Below, in pieces: positions 29,697-39,068 of a stretch of DNA of 64,000 bases (within the stretch, counting starts at the first letter, position 1; each line of letters opens with the position of its first letter). The notes beneath the pieces were generated by a model, which worked only from the letters and a program-made list of their open reading frames with translations, was not told the DNA's origin and did not search any database. The position numbers were made by a program, and so were the translations under genes. The stretch spans positions 1,152,001 through 1,216,000 of the forward strand of contig OZ241907.1 of the NCBI GenBank assembly GCA_965203515.1, in the 5' to 3' direction. Origin of the DNA: Spirochaetia bacterium (GTDB taxonomy: Bacteria; Spirochaetota; Spirochaetia; SZUA-6; Bin103).

Positions 29697-30623
29697 CTGG
29701 TCGGCCCTCCTCAAGGCCTGGAGTACACCTTAGCAACCTGTCCAGTTTTCTAGGACCACCTCAGAAGTCGGCGACGTTGTCGCGCAGGCCGCAGTGCATC
29801 GGCGCGCCGACGAAGTACTTCCAGATGTTGCCGAAGAGATCGGGAAGCTCACCAGCACCGGCAGCAACCAGAGACCGGACGCGATCCCGGCGACGGTCAC
29901 CGTCGCGTGGAACAGCAGGGTGACGCGCGCCCAGCGCACCGACTTGCCGCGCTCCTCGGGATGCGCCTCATACAGGGCGCGGACCCACTCCTCGGAGTTC
30001 TGGCCGGTCGTTTCCGGGGAGCTCTCCACGCCGGGGCGAGGGAATGTCCCCAGCGCCGTGCCGGCGGTGCTGCGCAGCACCGGGATCAGCCCCTTGGACT
30101 CGAAGCCGCCGGTAATGCTGATCGTGCAGAGCTGCAGCAGGTACAGGAACCGCAGGGACGGGGTCTTGGGCAACACCAGCTCCCGGTCCCCGTCGGGATG
30201 CAGGGTATAGCGGTGATGGTAGGTGTGGCTGAGCGCGTAGTCGTGGAAGTTGAACCACGCCAGCAGGCCGTAGACGTGCAGAAACAGACGGTTGAGCCGC
30301 TTGGTACGGAACACGGTGCCGTGGTCGAGCTCGTGGCACGCGGAGCTGAAGAAGCTGGTGACCGCGCCGTGCAGCAACAACGCGAACGCGAACGCCACCC
30401 ACAGTCCCTGCGAGAACAGGTACCAGGTCAGCGCGCCGGTGCCGGCGGCGATCGCCAGGTGACCGACCGCCTGGAATGTTCCGCGCAGGTCGCTGCGCCG
30501 CATCAGCCGGCGCAGCACGGCCGGATCGATCGGGCTGCGGTACCACCGCACCCGCAGGGTGCGGCGCACCCGGGCGAGCGGCGGACGTACGCTGGACATC
30601 GGCGGGTCCTCCTTTGGCTGGCT

Positions 30624-31709
30624 TTAACCGGGCCGTAGCGCGGCCGGCGACGACGCGCACCACTCCCCCATGTGCCGGAACGCGGCGGCGTAGCGCTCGC
30701 CCGCCGCCACGCCGGCGGGCCGGCCGCTGGCGATGGAGTCGATGGCGGCGCTCAACAGGGCGAACACCTTGAGGTTGTTGCGGCCGCTGAACGACGGCTC
30801 CGGGCCGCCCGCCAGGTAGTCGCGCCAGGCGCCGTAGAACGTCTCCCACGGATCGACGGGTCCCAGGTCGGCGTCGATGGCGAGCGGCCGCAGCTTCTGC
30901 CCGCGCGGCGCGAACTCGTACTCCACGTCGTCGACGCTCATGTGGGTGCCGCGGCAGCGCAGCACCCCCTTGGTGCCCTCGATGCGCAGCTCGTAATGGT
31001 CGCTCTGCGAGGAGAACCCGCCGTGGTAGAGCACGTGCAACCCTGCGGAGCAGCGGATCAGGGCGTTGACCATGCAGGGGCCGGCGTAGACCGACCAGGA
31101 AGGCCGGAACCCGTCGCAGACGATGGTCTCCGGCACGTGGTCCGGGAAGAGCGCCATGAGGGTGTCGAAGTGGTGGCACGACATCTCGTAGAGCGCCGGC
31201 TGCGCCAGCGTCGTCAGGTTGAGCGCCCGGTGGCGCGGCTTCGAGTTGAGCAAGGTCACGCTCTCCGGCGTCCCGAGCCGGCCGCCGGCAAGGAAGCGGC
31301 GCACCGCCCGGTAGTGCCGGTTGTAGCGCACCTGCTGGCCGACCGACAGCGATCGCCCGGCCCGTTCGGCGCGCTCGACCAGCCGCACCGCCTCGGCGAA
31401 GTCGTTGGTGATCGGCTTGGCCACCAGCACGTCCAGCCCGGCGTCGATGCAGGCGGCGCATTGGCGGTAGTGCCATTCCGAAGGCGTATTGATGATCGCG
31501 ACGTCCGCCTGCGCCGCCCCCAGCGCGGCGTCGAGATCTCGAAACAGGCCGCTGTCCGGCAGGCCGAGCAGCGCCTGCCCCTGCGCCAACGCCTCGTCGC
31601 GCACGTCCACGATACCGACGATCTCCGCCCACGGCTGGCGCGCGACGGCCGGCGTCATCACCTTGGCGATGCCGCCCATGCCGACGGCGATGCAGCTCCG
31701 CACCGACAT
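30624..31709 (-). CDS. Gfo/Idh/MocA family oxidoreductase
   Basis: GMGGIA, VLVAKP, EMSCHHFD; divergent from the ABC operon. Confidence 0.9.
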   Translation of the reverse strand: MSVRSCIAVGMGGIAKVMTPAVARQPWAEIVGIVDVRDEALAQGQALLGLPDSGLFRDLDAALGAAQADVAIINTPSEWHYRQCAACIDAGLDVLVAKPITNDFAEAVRLVERAERAGRSLSVGQQVRYNRHYRAVRRFLAGGRLGTPESVTLLNSKPRHRALNLTTLAQPALYEMSCHHFDTLMALFPDHVPETIVCDGFRPSWSVYAGPCMVNALIRCSAGLHVLYHGGFSSQSDHYELRIEGTKGVLRCRGTHMSVDDVEYEFAPRGQKLRPLAIDADLGPVDPWETFYGAWRDYLAGGPEPSFSGRNNLKVFALLSAAIDSIASGRPAGVAAGERYAAAFRHMGEWCASSPAALRPG

Positions 31710-31819
31710 GTCACGCTATCATGCCACGACCGCAGGAGACCGTAAACCCTGCGACCGCGGCGCGCGCCGCGTCCGGCCCGCCGGGCAGCGCCGGCGCGGC
31801 GGGCCGATGCCGCCGGCGA

Positions 31820-31848
31820 TTGACTGCCGTTTCGTCAGGGCGCATGAT
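31820..31848 (+). promoter_or_regulatory. Candidate sigma70 promoter of the sugar ABC operon
   Basis: TTGACT-N17-CATGAT, then AAGGAGA SD before ATG 31886. Confidence 0.55.
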
Positions 31849-31885
31849 CCGCAGCCATACACCGCCGTCGTTCAAGGAGAACATC

Positions 31886-33157
31886 ATGAAACATCGCATC
31901 GTTGCAGGCGCATGTCTGCTATTCCTGGCGCTTGCCGCGCCGGCGTGGGGCGCCGGGCAGGAGGAGGCCGGAGCGGGAACCACCACCGTCGAGTTCATCC
32001 AGTGGTGGCAGCTCGAAATGGCCGAAGGCTCGTTCGATGGGATCATGGCCGACTTCGAAGCAGCCAATCCCGGCATGGAGGTCTCGGCCATCAACCTGCC
32101 CTATCCGCAGGTCCAGGACCAGATCAACGTGGGGGCCGCCGGCGGCACGCTGCCGGACGTGATCGGCATCGACCCGCCGCGCATCAAGACGTTCATCGAC
32201 CGCAACGTCGTGGAGCCGCTCGACGAGTGCATCGCGCGCGAGGGGATCGACATCGACGACATGGCGGGCGCCAAGCGGATCGACGGCAGCTACTGGATGC
32301 TGCCGGTCGTGTCGTTCATCTATCCGCTGTACTACAACGTCGACCTGCTGGAAGCGGCCGGGTTCAGCGAGCCGCCCAGGGACCAGGACGAGTTCATGGC
32401 CTACGCCCGCGCGCTGACCGATCCGGACAAGAACCGGTACGGCTGGGCGCTTCCGCTCAGCCTGCAACTGCCCAACGGGGTCTCCAACGACACCTTCCCG
32501 TGGCTCTGGACCGGAGGCGACACGGTGATGATGGACGGCAGGCCGAATCTGGATTCCCCGGAGATGGTGGCGGCGCTCACCTTCGTCAACGAGATGTATC
32601 AGCAGGGGCTGGTCACCCCGGGGACGCTGACCAAGATGGAGACCGAAAAGGTCGAGGAGTTCGCCACCGGGCGAGCGGCGATGGTGATCACCCCGACGGC
32701 CCACATCAACCTGCTGCGGCAGCGCAATCCCGACCTGAACTTCGACATCACCCCGGTGCCCGGACCGGCCGGCTATGACGGGCCGCCGGCGTCGCGGGTC
32801 GTCGGCTGGGCGATCGGCATCTCCAAGAACAGCCAGAACAAGGAGGCCGCATGCAAGCTGGTCGCGCACATGGTCGACCAGCAGACCAACGGCGAGGTTT
32901 CGTCGGCGGCCAACGCCTTCCCCGGCAATCTCAAGGCGGAGCCGGACTTCATCAAGGGCGACCCGATCTACACCAAGGCGTTCGAGATCTTCACCCAGGC
33001 GCAACTGCGGTCCGAGCTCGTAGGCCTTCCCAATACGACCGAGCTGGAACGCGCGTTTGCCGAACAGATGCACAGCATGTTCGCGGGCAAGCAGTCGCCG
33101 GCCGACACCGCAGCCGCCGCGCAAAGCGCGTGGGAAGAGATCATAGCGGAGGGATAG
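31886..33157 (+). CDS. Sugar ABC transporter substrate-binding protein
   Basis: Signal peptide ..AWG-AGQEE, LPDVI, LYYNVDLLEAAG, FATGRAAM. Confidence 0.92.
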   Translation: MKHRIVAGACLLFLALAAPAWGAGQEEAGAGTTTVEFIQWWQLEMAEGSFDGIMADFEAANPGMEVSAINLPYPQVQDQINVGAAGGTLPDVIGIDPPRIKTFIDRNVVEPLDECIAREGIDIDDMAGAKRIDGSYWMLPVVSFIYPLYYNVDLLEAAGFSEPPRDQDEFMAYARALTDPDKNRYGWALPLSLQLPNGVSNDTFPWLWTGGDTVMMDGRPNLDSPEMVAALTFVNEMYQQGLVTPGTLTKMETEKVEEFATGRAAMVITPTAHINLLRQRNPDLNFDITPVPGPAGYDGPPASRVVGWAIGISKNSQNKEAACKLVAHMVDQQTNGEVSSAANAFPGNLKAEPDFIKGDPIYTKAFEIFTQAQLRSELVGLPNTTELERAFAEQMHSMFAGKQSPADTAAAAQSAWEEIIAEG

Positions 33158-33206
33158 CGGCCATCGGCTCGATGACGCCTTCGCCGCCGACCCGCGCGGC
33201 CGAGCG

Positions 33207-34100
33207 ATGAGGGGCGTTCGGCCGCGGCTGGGGCAAAGCCTGGCGCCGTATCTGTTCGTCGGGCCGGCGATGGTGCTGATCGGGGCGCTGATGGTGTACC
33301 CGATCGGCACCGTCCTGTACTACAGCATGCTGGAGAACGCCGTCATCGAGCCGGACAGCGGCTGGGTCGGCCTCCGTCACTTTCGGGACCTCTTTGCCGA
33401 AGACCGCGTGTTTCGCGGCGCGATCGGCACCACGATGGTGTTCACCGTCGCCAGCGTCGCGCTGCACGTGTTCTTCGGCCTGCTGCTGGCGCTGACCCTC
33501 AACGCCCACGTCAATCCGCGGGTCCGCTCGGTGTTCCGCACCCTGCTGATCCTGCCGTGGATATTCACCGCCACGATCGTGGCGGTGAACTGGCGGCTGA
33601 TCCTCAACCCGCTCGGCATCGTCAATTTCTTCCTGCGCTCGATCGGGGTCATCGAGCATCACCTGGAATGGTTCGGCCATCCGGGCCGCGCGCTGCCCGC
33701 GCTGATCCTGGTCAACCTGTGGGCGGGGTATCCGTTCGTCATGGTGAGTCTGCTGGCCGGCCTGCAGGGGATTCCGCAGGTGTTGTACGAAGCGGCGACG
33801 GTCGACGGCGCCAACCGGCGGCAGCGGTTTCTGCTGATTACCCTGCCGCAGCTCGCCCCCGTGTTGTTGAGCATCTCCCTGCTCGACTTCATCTGGACGT
33901 TTCGCCTGTTCCCCCTGATCTGGTTGACGACCGGCGGCGGCCCCGGACGTGCCACCGAGACGCTGTCCGTGTACGCCTACAAGCTGGCGTTCAGCCGCTT
34001 CGAATACAGTCAGGCGTCGTCGGTGGCGGTCATCATCCTGCTCGTGACGCTCGGCGTATCGTGGTTCTACGTGCGGCGGCAGCGGATCGTGGCCAACTGA
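33207..34100 (+). CDS. Sugar ABC transporter permease (MalF-like)
   Basis: LAGLQGIPQVLYEAATVDGA EAA loop, ITLPQL. Confidence 0.93.
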   Translation: MRGVRPRLGQSLAPYLFVGPAMVLIGALMVYPIGTVLYYSMLENAVIEPDSGWVGLRHFRDLFAEDRVFRGAIGTTMVFTVASVALHVFFGLLLALTLNAHVNPRVRSVFRTLLILPWIFTATIVAVNWRLILNPLGIVNFFLRSIGVIEHHLEWFGHPGRALPALILVNLWAGYPFVMVSLLAGLQGIPQVLYEAATVDGANRRQRFLLITLPQLAPVLLSISLLDFIWTFRLFPLIWLTTGGGPGRATETLSVYAYKLAFSRFEYSQASSVAVIILLVTLGVSWFYVRRQRIVAN

Positions 34101-34927
34101 TGGTGCGGCCGGCGCGGCGGCTCCCGGTATATTGCGGCCTGGCGCTCGCCACGCTGCTGGCCGCGTTTCCGATCGTCTGGATGGCGCTGATGTCGATCCG
34201 CCCCAACTCGGAGATCTTCGCGGCCCCGCCGACGATCCTGCCGCGCAAGATCATCTTCGACTCCTATCTCACGATCCTCACCACCCCGGAACACCTGCGC
34301 TTCTTCCTCAACAGCTATCTGGTGGCGGCGGTGGTGACGCTGGCGTCGATCGTCATCGCCGTGCTGGCCGGCTACGGATTCTCCCGCTTCCAGTTCAAGG
34401 GCAAGAAGGTCCTCAACCTGTTCGTCATCATGACGCAGACCATCCCGCCGATCACGCTGCTCATCCCCTTCTTCGGTCTGGTCGTGGCGTTCGGGTTGTA
34501 CGACACCTACACCGCGCTGGTCCTGAGCTACCTGACGCTGACCCTGCCGTACGCCATCCTGATGATGACGGCGTACTTCAACACGGTCTCCACGGAGATG
34601 GACGAAGCGGTCCTGACAGACGGCGGCAGCCGCTTCTACGCGCTGTGGCGGGTGATCCTGCCCTTGTCGGTCCCCGGCATCATCGCGGTCGGCGTCTACA
34701 CCTTTCTCCTGTCGTGGAACGAGTTCCTGTTCGCCCTGACCCTCACCAAGCGGACCAGCCTGCGCACCATCCCGGTCGGGATCGCCCTGTTCATGGGCCA
34801 GCACGCGTACGAATGGAACACGATGATGGCCATGTCGATCCTCGGCACCGGGCCGATTCTGGTGCTCTACATGCTGGCGCAGCGGTTCTTTCTGTCCGGG
34901 CTCACCGCCGGGGCGTCCAAGGGGTGA
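34100..34927 (+). CDS. Sugar ABC transporter permease (MalG-like)
   Basis: FLNSYLVA, EMDEAVLTDG, WNEFLFAL, GLTAGASKG; TGATG coupling. Confidence 0.93.
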   Translation: MVRPARRLPVYCGLALATLLAAFPIVWMALMSIRPNSEIFAAPPTILPRKIIFDSYLTILTTPEHLRFFLNSYLVAAVVTLASIVIAVLAGYGFSRFQFKGKKVLNLFVIMTQTIPPITLLIPFFGLVVAFGLYDTYTALVLSYLTLTLPYAILMMTAYFNTVSTEMDEAVLTDGGSRFYALWRVILPLSVPGIIAVGVYTFLLSWNEFLFALTLTKRTSLRTIPVGIALFMGQHAYEWNTMMAMSILGTGPILVLYMLAQRFFLSGLTAGASKG

Positions 34928-36060
34928 GCGCGCCGGCACTGCCCCGCGTGCTGATCGCCGGCAACATCTGCGTCGACCTGTTTCCCGGATTCACCTCCGG
35001 GCAGCTCGCTTCCGGCCGGTTCCTGCTGCCCGGCGCCTCCCGCCGCATCGGGCCGGCGACGGTCTCGATCGGCGGCTGCGTCGCCAACAGCGGGATCGCG
35101 CTCGACCGGCTCGGCATTCCTGCCACCTTCGTGTTCGCCGTGGCGGACGACCGGTTCGGAGCGATCGTGGAGGATCATCTGCGCCGCCATACCGGACCGC
35201 GCGCGCGGCTGGCGGCGCGCCGGTTCACCGGCGCCGGCACCTCCTACACGCTGATCCTGAGCGCGCCCGACCACGACCGTACGCTGCTCTACTACCCGGG
35301 CGTGAACGACCTGTGCGACGCTGACTTCGTCGCCGGAGCCGAGCTGGCCGGGCACGACCTCCTCCACTTCGGGTACCCGGCCGCCATGCGGCGCATGTGC
35401 CAGGATCACGCCGAACCGTTGCGCGGCGTACTGCAGGCCGCCCGCGACCGCGGCATGCTGACGACCCTCGACGCCTGCACGCTCGACGACCGCGAAACGC
35501 GGCGCGTCGACTGGATCGAGCTCTACCGCCGCGTGCTGCCGCTGGTCGACGTCTTCATGCCCAGTCTCGGCGACCTGGTGGTGGTGCTGGAGGACCTCGC
35601 CGGCGATGCCATGGCGATCCGCGACTTCGACCGGAGTTCCCCGCACGCTCGCGGTGAACTGGTTCGCGCCCTGGGCAGCCGGCTGCTCGATCTTGGCGCG
35701 GCGGTCGCGGTCATCAAGCTCGGCTCCCACGGACTCTATCTGCGCGCGGGCGACTCGATGCGAGCATCGTCGGGGCGGCTGCGGCTCGACGCGGCGGCCT
35801 GGGCGGGGTTCGAACGGTACCGCCCCTGTTTCCGGGCGAAGGTCGTCGGTACCACCGGCGCCGGAGACAGCACCGTGTCGGGGTTCATCGCGGCGTTGTG
35901 CCGGGGGCTGGGACCGGAGCCGGCGATGACCGCCGCGCTGGCCGCCGGCGCCTGCTCGACCGAAGGGGTCGACGCCACCGGCGCCGTCCCGTCGTGGCCT
36001 TCGATCGAGCGGCGGCTCATCGCCGGCTGGCCGTCTCATCCGCCCACCGTCGCCGTCTGA
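34924..36060 (+). CDS. PfkB family carbohydrate kinase
   Basis: GGCVANSGIAL, IKLGSHG, TTGAGDS; GTGA overlap. Confidence 0.9.
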   Translation: MSAPALPRVLIAGNICVDLFPGFTSGQLASGRFLLPGASRRIGPATVSIGGCVANSGIALDRLGIPATFVFAVADDRFGAIVEDHLRRHTGPRARLAARRFTGAGTSYTLILSAPDHDRTLLYYPGVNDLCDADFVAGAELAGHDLLHFGYPAAMRRMCQDHAEPLRGVLQAARDRGMLTTLDACTLDDRETRRVDWIELYRRVLPLVDVFMPSLGDLVVVLEDLAGDAMAIRDFDRSSPHARGELVRALGSRLLDLGAAVAVIKLGSHGLYLRAGDSMRASSGRLRLDAAAWAGFERYRPCFRAKVVGTTGAGDSTVSGFIAALCRGLGPEPAMTAALAAGACSTEGVDATGAVPSWPSIERRLIAGWPSHPPTVAV

Positions 36061-36163
36061 AGCCGGGCGAGACCGACTCCCGCCGCGAGCGGACAGCGCG
36101 AGCGAATACCGGCTATCATGGCCCCACCCCACATCAGCACGCCCGCATGAGGTTGGATGGCAT

Positions 36164-36964
36164 ATGGTCGATCGAAGCAATCTGCGCGTTGCCCGCCTGT
36201 TTGGCGAAGACGGAAGGTCGTTGACCGTGGCGATGGATCACGCCCGAGCGTTCGATACCATCACCGCACTGGCCGACGTGGAGTCGGTGGTGAGCACCGT
36301 GCTGGCCGCCGGCGCCGACGCGGTGCTGTTGCCGCCGGGGGCGCTGGCCAAGGCGGGCGCCGCCGCCGCCGCCGCCGGGGTCTGGATGAGCGTCGACAGC
36401 ACCCCGCAGACCGCCGCGCAGCTCGTGGAACTGGCGTTGCGGCTCGGCGCGGACGGCATCAAGTGCGAGTGCTATCCCTGGGTCGACCGCGATCGCTACC
36501 CGCAGTACAGCGCTGCCGAGTCGCTCTGGTGGGGTATGAACCTGAACGCGGTGAGCCTGGCCAACGAGTGCCGCAAGTGGGGGCTGCCGCTGATCGCCGA
36601 GGCGGTGCCGGGCGGTTGGGATGACGAAACGCAACGGTCACCGGAGCGGCTGGCCGCCGCCTGCCGCGTGGTCAGCGAATGCGGGCCCGACTTCGTCAAG
36701 GCGTTCTACACCGGCGACCGGGAGAGCTTCCGTCGGCTGGTCGACAACTGCCTAGTGCCGGTGGTCGTTCTGGGCGGCGCCCGGAAGGGCTCGGAGCTCG
36801 AGGTGCTGCGGATGGTGCGCGACGCCATCGACGCCGGCGCCGCCGGTATCATGATGGGGCGAAACATCTGGGATCACGAGAACGTCGCAGGGATGACCGC
36901 GGCGTTGGCCGCCATCGTCCACGACGACGCCGCCGCCGACACCGCGATGCGCCTGATCCGCTAG
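36164..36964 (+). CDS. Class I aldolase (DhnA/FbaB/LsrF-like)
   Basis: VAMDHA, Schiff-base K in DFVKAFY, VVLGG, MGRNIW. Confidence 0.88.
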   Translation: MVDRSNLRVARLFGEDGRSLTVAMDHARAFDTITALADVESVVSTVLAAGADAVLLPPGALAKAGAAAAAAGVWMSVDSTPQTAAQLVELALRLGADGIKCECYPWVDRDRYPQYSAAESLWWGMNLNAVSLANECRKWGLPLIAEAVPGGWDDETQRSPERLAAACRVVSECGPDFVKAFYTGDRESFRRLVDNCLVPVVVLGGARKGSELEVLRMVRDAIDAGAAGIMMGRNIWDHENVAGMTAALAAIVHDDAAADTAMRLIR

Positions 36965-37026
36965 CGTCGATCGCGGGCGCCGCAGAGCACCCGTCACGAT
37001 CGGCGGCTCGCGCGCAGCGCCGGGCG

Positions 37027-37815
37027 TCACGGCGCCGCATTCGCCAGGAACCGGTCGATCACGGCCGCCAGGTCGACCGGCGCATCGAGGTCCGCCTGAT
37101 GCCCGGCGCCCTCGATCACCTGCAGCGCCGCGTCCGGAAGAGCGCGGCTCCAAAGCTCGCGGTAGCCGGCCGGAAGCACGCGGTCCGCGCCCCCGAACAC
37201 CAGCAGCGTCGGCCGCTCGACGCGGTGCAGCCGGCGCGCCAGGCGCGTGTCGCCGACCGGCCAGAGCAGCCGCGCCGCCGCCTCCTGGGCGCGCGCCTGC
37301 ACGACCGCCCACTCGACCGGGTCGCCCGACTCCGGCGCCTCGACGTGGGCATCCCAGGCCGCCGGGTCGCTGCACAGCAACGCTCCCAGATCGCCCGGTC
37401 CCTGAGCGAAGATGTCGGCCGTCGGATCGGCGGCATCGAACAACCCGAGCGGCGACACCAGCACGAGCCGCCGTACCGACGCCGGCCACAGCGCCGCCAC
37501 GTCGGCCGCCAGCGCCGCGCCCACCGACACGCCGATCAGGTCCGCTCCTTCGGCGCCCGCGGCGCCCAGCAGGTCGCGGGCGGCCAGCAGCCAGTCCAGG
37601 TGGTCGTCGAGCCGGCCGATCGCCTCCGATCCCGGGAACCCGGGCAGGCTGGGAGCGATCACGCGCCGCGTGCGCGCCAGCCGGTCCAGGAACCGGGTTC
37701 GGCGCGGCAGCCCCCCTATCCCGGCCAGGAATGCGATCGGCTCGCCGTCGCCCTGCTCCCACACCCGGCAGGAGACGCCGGCGACCCGCACCGTCCGCCC
37801 CCGCGGTTCGATCAC
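37027..37815 (-). CDS. Alpha/beta fold hydrolase
   Basis: LPGFPGS, GVSVG nucleophile elbow, GGADRV, GAGH; GTG overlaps the LLM stop. Confidence 0.87.
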   Translation of the reverse strand: MIEPRGRTVRVAGVSCRVWEQGDGEPIAFLAGIGGLPRRTRFLDRLARTRRVIAPSLPGFPGSEAIGRLDDHLDWLLAARDLLGAAGAEGADLIGVSVGAALAADVAALWPASVRRLVLVSPLGLFDAADPTADIFAQGPGDLGALLCSDPAAWDAHVEAPESGDPVEWAVVQARAQEAAARLLWPVGDTRLARRLHRVERPTLLVFGGADRVLPAGYRELWSRALPDAALQVIEGAGHQADLDAPVDLAAVIDRFLANAAP

Positions 37816-39050
37816 GAGCCGTTCGCCGGCGCCTCGCGCCCCGGCGCCCGGCGCGCCGCCGCCGGCCACCAGTGATCCTCCCACCGGTCGGTGAACAGAT
37901 CGCGTATCTGCGGCAGTACCCGCTCGGCGAACAGCCGCGTGTTGGCGCCGGTCAGGCCGCGGTCCATGTTGCCGAAGTGCAGCAGCAACATGAGCTGACC
38001 GACGTTGAGGTCGACGGCGATGTCCCGCAGCCGGTCGGCCACCTCATCCGGCGTGCCCACGATCAGGTAGCCGCGCTCCAGGATCTGGTCGAAAGAGGGC
38101 GCGGTGGTGAACTGCGCCACCGGGTTGCCCAGGTTGGCTTGACGGGCGCGGAAGCGGACCGACGCCTCGGTCGCGTAACCGGGCGGCACCGCGAAGCGCG
38201 GGTTGGTGTGCAGGCAGTTGGTATAGAAGTACTCGGCCGGCTCGCGGTAGAGCTGCAGCGCCTCACGCCTGCTCTCGGCCACGCCGACCAGTTGCAGGTA
38301 GCCGGCCTGGAACGGATTCGGCTCCCGTCCCTGGCGCTGAAGCTCGGCCCGATAGCCCTTGAGCACGCCGCGCGCGGCGTGGTATCCGAAATAGGACAAC
38401 GCCGCATACACGTAGCCGTGCTCGCCGCACATGCGCCACGTCTCCGGCGCTCCGCCGCCGGGTATCCAGATCGGCGGGCGCGGCCTCTGGATCGGCCGCG
38501 GCCAGACGTTGACGTAGCGGTGCTGATGGAAGCGGCCCGCGAACGCGAACGGCTCCGGCTCCTGCCACGCGCGCACCAGCAACTCGCACGCCTCCAGGTA
38601 CCGGTCCCGCAGCGTGCCGGGGTTGCGGCCGTACGCGTAGCAGGTGTCCATGGGCGTGCCGAGCGGCAGCCCGGCGATCAACCGCCCGCCGGAGATGCAG
38701 TCGAGCATCGCCATCTCCTCGGCCACGCGGAGCGGCGGATCGTAGAGCGCCGGCGCGTTGCCCATCACGCAGACCGCGCCGCGGGTCGTGTTGCGGGCCA
38801 GGACCGCCGCCATCAGGTTGGGCGATGGCATCATCCCGTAGCCGTTGGCGTGGTGCTCATTGACGCAGACGCCGTCGAAGCCGAGCGCGGCCGCCTCCTC
38901 CAGCTCGTCGAGATACTCGCGATACATGGCGCCGCCGCGCACCGGATCGAACAGCCGCGAATCGATATCGACCCAGATCGAGGGGTGCGCTTCGCGAAAG
39001 TCCGCGGGAAGCTCCGCATACGGCATCAGGTGGAAGAACAGGACGTTCAT
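37812..39050 (-). CDS. LLM-class flavin-dependent oxidoreductase (luciferase-like)
   Basis: GFDGVCVNEHH, PSPNL, PLRVAEEMAMLDCISGGR, WPRPIQRPRPPIW. Confidence 0.93.
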   Translation of the reverse strand: MNVLFFHLMPYAELPADFREAHPSIWVDIDSRLFDPVRGGAMYREYLDELEEAAALGFDGVCVNEHHANGYGMMPSPNLMAAVLARNTTRGAVCVMGNAPALYDPPLRVAEEMAMLDCISGGRLIAGLPLGTPMDTCYAYGRNPGTLRDRYLEACELLVRAWQEPEPFAFAGRFHQHRYVNVWPRPIQRPRPPIWIPGGGAPETWRMCGEHGYVYAALSYFGYHAARGVLKGYRAELQRQGREPNPFQAGYLQLVGVAESRREALQLYREPAEYFYTNCLHTNPRFAVPPGYATEASVRFRARQANLGNPVAQFTTAPSFDQILERGYLIVGTPDEVADRLRDIAVDLNVGQLMLLLHFGNMDRGLTGANTRLFAERVLPQIRDLFTDRWEDHWWPAAARRAPGREAPANGS

Positions 39051-39068
39051 CGGCGTGCGGCGGGCCGA

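Larger units (their letters stand above)
28311..29763 (-). mobile_element. IS3-family insertion sequence, 1453 bp
   Basis: TG...CA ends; IRs TGAGGTGGTCCT..TGGACAGGTTG; 3-bp target duplication GAA (28308-28310, 29764-29766); orfA/orfB. Confidence 0.96.
27966..30599 (-). pseudogene. Fatty-acid-desaturase-like membrane di-iron protein, split by IS3 (28311-29763) and frameshifted near 29838
   Basis: His boxes HELDH, HTYHH (5' part) and HMEHH (3' part); removing the IS and one GAA copy rejoins DNVADF|RKCVRTITLDP. Confidence 0.9.
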
